From the IMG/VR virus record IMGVR_UViG_2663763232_000016: 10,031 nt of DNA. The stretch is one strand, 5' to 3'. Origin of the DNA: a virus. Taxonomy: Duplodnaviria; Heunggongvirae; Uroviricota; Caudoviricetes. The notes under the pieces were generated by a model. That model did no database searches. It saw only the letters and a program-made list of their open reading frames with translations, and had not been told where the DNA came from. This document shows positions 7,595 through 10,031 of this stretch, one piece after another. Made by a program: the position numbers and the translations under genes. Each line of letters opens with the position of its first letter. Position 1 is the stretch's first letter.

Positions 7595-7629
7595 CCGGGG
7601 CAGGCGTTTTCCTGCCTCCGGCTCTTTTT
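7595..7629 (+). terminator. Rho-independent terminator (about 10-bp stem with one bulge, then CTCTTTTT)
   Basis: CCGGGGCAGG (7595-7604) pairs with CCTGCC-T-CCGG (7611-7621) around loop CGTTTT; T-run at 7625-7629. Confidence 0.5.
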
Positions 7630-7654
7630 CTGTTGGGAATACAAATAAAAGAAT

Positions 7655-7678
7655 GCCGTCCGATGGACGGTATTTTTT
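7655..7678 (+). terminator. Rho-independent terminator (GC-rich stem CCGTCC/GGACGG followed by TATTTTTT)
   Basis: Stem 7656-7661 pairs with 7665-7670 around a 3-nt loop; T-run at 7673-7678; 40 nt upstream of the capsid-pair start. Confidence 0.6.
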
Positions 7679-7735
7679 CAACACAACCCGGCATATTCGC
7701 CGGATTATAAAAATTGCATGGAGATACAACAAAAT

Positions 7736-8080
7736 ATGGCATTCGAACATGAAAGCAAAACCCCACAGGATGTATTGGTTTATACCGATAGCCCGATCTT
7801 TCATAAGCGCACCGTGATCTTTGATCTGGCTGCTGATGTGACTTGTGGTGATGTGATTAACCCGACCACTGGCGCGGCATACGTTGCAGCCGATGCTGAT
7901 AACTGTGCTGTAGCTCTGCAAAATCAAATCGCTGGTGATGCCCGTAGCCTGGTCATTTCAGACCGTGGCTGTGTGTTCAATCCATCTGGTCTGGTTGTAG
8001 CGGCTGCTGCAAAAGATGCTGCTTACGCTGCCCTTGTTAAGCAAGGCAACCGCATTGCTGACGCAAACACTGCAATCTAA
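7736..8080 (+). CDS. Putative head decoration protein (lambda gpD-like size and composition), about 114 aa; alternative start ATG 7718
   Basis: ORF from ATG 7718 to TAA 8078-8080; the second ATG at 7736 has GGAGA at 7720-7724 (11-nt spacing) whereas 7718 has no Shine-Dalgarno. Small Ala/Gly-rich protein directly upstream of a capsid-sized gene; segment TTGAAYVAADADNCA resembles lambda D TDGAAVGILAVAADQ. Not confirmed by search. Confidence 0.7.
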   Translation: MAFEHESKTPQDVLVYTDSPIFHKRTVIFDLAADVTCGDVINPTTGAAYVAADADNCAVALQNQIAGDARSLVISDRGCVFNPSGLVVAAAAKDAAYAALVKQGNRIADANTAI

Positions 8081-8098
8081 TCAAGGAGTGATAACAAT

Positions 8099-9115
8099 AT
8101 GAAATTAAGTGATTTTACTAACCTTTCCGGTCAGTTTGTGAAGCCAAGCGGCGAGGGGTTCCTTCTGTCCAGCCTGGGGATCTTTACCAGCCGTCCAAGT
8201 GATACGCAAATCATCGCGCTCGACACACTGGAAGATGTGCAGCGTGAAGTGACCAAATCTGTTGCCCGTTATGGTTCTGAAATGTCCGGTCTAAACTTCC
8301 CTAAAGCGGCTAACGTGACTGTTCAGGCTCCACTGCATGTCTACAGCTCAACCATCACCAGCCAGGATTGGCAGGGGAAACGTCAGCCGGGAACAAATCG
8401 CCAGATGACCGCTGAAGATGTAGTTGCTAATCATACCCTGAAGCACTACCTGCAAACCCGCCGTGATGTTGAATATGCCATGGCGCAGAGCCTGCTTCAC
8501 AATACTGTAGAGGCGACACACCTTCGTGAAGGTCCTGATCTGAACTGGCAAACCTTCTGGGGTATTAACCAGCCGTCTGCTGTGGTGAAAACTGGCATCA
8601 GTGCCAACGTTATTACTGAGATGCAGAACGCTGTCACGCTGCTGAAGAAAAATCTGGGTGGCTGGTCTTCCAGCATCAAGCAGGTTTATCTGCTAGCGAG
8701 TCCGAGTCTTTTCACCGCCATTCAAGGCAACCCAACCGCATATCAGGCGGCTCTGTTTGGTGCTACGTCCCGTGACATCATTTTCCCTGACACTTTGGGC
8801 GCATATGATCGATACAACATCGGGCGCGTAACTGTAGTTCAGGTTGACGATCCGCTATACGGCATTGCAGATGGTGAAGGCTACATGCTGGCGACGTTCT
8901 CCAATGTTGTTGAAGGCGACCTTTCACCTTATATGACTTACCAGACTCCGGCGAGCCGTCATGCTGACGTTGCTAATGGTCCGGTTTATCCGTCTTACCA
9001 TTACGTTCTGCGTGATAAGTTCATGAATTATGAGGTGGTCAGCGAGCTATCACAAATTCAGATCCCAATGCGTCCAGACTTCGTTTTGAAAATTACGATG
9101 GATGACGCGGCGTAA
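8099..9115 (+). CDS. Putative major capsid protein (lambda gpE-like / HK97-fold class suggested by size and synteny), 338 aa
   Basis: AAGGAG at 8083-8088, 10 nt before ATG 8099; TAA at 9113-9115. Length close to lambda gpE (341 aa), directly downstream of the decoration-like gene, about 50 percent GC. Family call is from context and size, not from detectable identity to lambda E. Confidence 0.85.
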   Translation: MKLSDFTNLSGQFVKPSGEGFLLSSLGIFTSRPSDTQIIALDTLEDVQREVTKSVARYGSEMSGLNFPKAANVTVQAPLHVYSSTITSQDWQGKRQPGTNRQMTAEDVVANHTLKHYLQTRRDVEYAMAQSLLHNTVEATHLREGPDLNWQTFWGINQPSAVVKTGISANVITEMQNAVTLLKKNLGGWSSSIKQVYLLASPSLFTAIQGNPTAYQAALFGATSRDIIFPDTLGAYDRYNIGRVTVVQVDDPLYGIADGEGYMLATFSNVVEGDLSPYMTYQTPASRHADVANGPVYPSYHYVLRDKFMNYEVVSELSQIQIPMRPDFVLKITMDDAA

Positions 9116-9177
9116 GACAGCGTATTTTGGGGGCGCATTGCCCCCGCTGCAGGCGAGCCAAAGGAAAGGAGATACAT

Positions 9178-9390
9178 ATGAAATTAGCTTTGATCGGTAC
9201 TGGCAACATGCCGCTGATGCAGTGGATTCTAGATGGCAAGGGCGATGATGCGATTATCAACATGTCAGCGTTAGCACGCAGGCTTGAGTGTAGTCGTTCC
9301 AGCCTACTTGACCGCATCCATACGCATGGATTCGACAGCGCTATTAGGTACTACCTCAACGAACAGCGACAACGAAAACTGAAAACATGA
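9178..9390 (+). CDS. Small protein with HTH-like segment, 70 aa (the ORF track shows a longer version from 9127)
   Basis: AGGAGA at 9167-9172, 5 nt before ATG 9178; TGA at 9388-9390. Segment INMSALARRLECSRSSLLDRIH looks like a helix-turn-helix. Function unknown. Confidence 0.55.
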   Translation: MKLALIGTGNMPLMQWILDGKGDDAIINMSALARRLECSRSSLLDRIHTHGFDSAIRYYLNEQRQRKLKT

Positions 9391-9391
9391 G

Positions 9392-9416
9392 AGCCGGGTT
9401 AATCCCGGCTTTTTTT
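9392..9416. terminator. Bidirectional rho-independent terminator shared by the capsid transcription unit and the convergent minus-strand gene
   Basis: Perfect 7-bp stem AGCCGGG / CCCGGCT around loop TTAAT, flanked by an A-run upstream and TTTTTTT at 9410-9416. The stop codon of the minus-strand gene lies in the loop. Confidence 0.75.
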
Positions 9417-10031
9417 ATGTACTTTGCTGAAGTCAAAAAGATTGTCAAATTTAATGATATCTAATCCAGAGATAGCGTGATTAACATCTTTCATCATTGC
9501 GCCATGTTCATCATAAGCGTTACGTATTGCCATGAATTCTTCTGGTGTTATCTGTGCTTTAAGCAAAGCCTGCATGATGAGAGTCATCAGTTTTGAGATG
9601 GCTATTTGCGTATTACCAGAAGATCGAAGAAGGGCGTTGAATGGCTCCCAGGAAACCTTTTTAATCAGAACATTATAGTGACTTAACTTGATGAAAGAGC
9701 TACCAATGCGAAAGGTATTTTCCGTCATATCTTTCAAGGATTCTTGAATATGATAATAGCTTTCTTCGTCGGCTTTTTGTCCTGATTTCGCCAGTGTGTC
9801 GAGAAAAGTCATAATGCGGTTTAAGTCAAAGCGCATACGATTGTAACGGCTTCTGGTGCTATCAATTTCTTCTTTAAGAGCGATTGCTGAATCAATTGCC
9901 CGCTCCATTTTTCTCGTCTTCACAATCTCCTGAAGTTTAACCCCTCCGAAGATGACGCCGCCAACCACACTCAACGCTGTTACAGCATTCGAAGCGATAG
10001 AGATAATGTTATCCCATGCTTGTAAATCCAT
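9399..10031 (-). CDS. Membrane-anchored protein (N-terminal transmembrane helix plus helical soluble domain), at least 210 aa; possible moron / superinfection-exclusion or abortive-infection candidate; may extend beyond the window
   Basis: ORF ends at TAA (complement of 9399-9401); its ATG is the last three bases of the window, so the true start may lie outside. Hydrophobic segment IISIASNAVTALSVVGGVIFGGV near the N-terminus. Local GC is about 34 percent in a hand-counted 100-nt sample versus about 50 percent in the capsid gene. Confidence 0.8.
   Translation of the reverse strand: MDLQAWDNIISIASNAVTALSVVGGVIFGGVKLQEIVKTRKMERAIDSAIALKEEIDSTRSRYNRMRFDLNRIMTFLDTLAKSGQKADEESYYHIQESLKDMTENTFRIGSSFIKLSHYNVLIKKVSWEPFNALLRSSGNTQIAISKLMTLIMQALLKAQITPEEFMAIRNAYDEHGAMMKDVNHAISGLDIIKFDNLFDFSKVHKKSRD

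Noticed and set aside
7533-7927. Minus-strand ORFs of 77 and 117 aa
   Set aside because: Overlap the plus-strand terminators and the decoration-like gene in antisense; no supporting signals.
8348-8679. Minus-strand ORFs of 67 and 60 aa inside the capsid-like gene
   Set aside because: Shadow ORFs of the capsid-like coding frame.
9093-9317. Minus-strand ORF of 74 aa
   Set aside because: Antisense to the end of the capsid-like gene and the small HTH-like ORF; Ser/Arg/Leu-rich, no ribosome-binding site.
1-10031. Search for CRISPR arrays, tRNA or rRNA genes, insertion-sequence inverted repeats, integrase or transposase genes
   Set aside because: No regularly spaced short repeats with unique spacers, no tRNA-like T-loop motifs, no long terminal inverted repeats and no ORF with recombinase-like features were seen.

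Overview
The window reads as a mobile-element (phage or phage-plasmid-like) segment with enteric-type codon usage; no element or host is identified, and all family calls are pattern recognition from the translations, not search results. Layout: (1) bases 1-360, the 3-prime end of an OB-fold protein gene that starts upstream of the window; (2) about 2.1 kb (361-2491) with no convincing ORF, holding an iteron-like array of four ~23-bp-spaced direct repeats next to an AT-rich tract (1654-1800) and two sigma70-like promoters (2247-2346); (3) a co-directional, partly translationally coupled six-gene cluster (2492-7074) encoding a 148-aa unknown protein, a 67-aa ribbon-helix-helix-like protein, a 248-aa protein with an N-terminal winged-helix-like domain and acidic tail, a 173-aa HTH-like protein, a ~110-aa unknown protein and a 714-aa coiled-coil / glycine-zipper protein; (4) a 640-bp non-coding region (7075-7717) with a strong promoter, three intrinsic-terminator-like hairpins and a 20-bp palindrome; (5) a capsid pair, a ~114-aa decoration-like protein and a 338-aa major-capsid-like protein, followed by a 70-aa HTH-like ORF and a bidirectional terminator; (6) a convergent, markedly AT-richer gene (9399-10031, minus strand) for a membrane-anchored protein. 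I found no rRNA, tRNA, CRISPR array, transposase, integrase, terminase, portal or canonical P-loop motif. The best candidates for something undescribed are the AT-rich membrane-protein gene next to the capsid genes, the six-gene cluster of unknown function, and the promoter/terminator leader upstream of the capsid pair.
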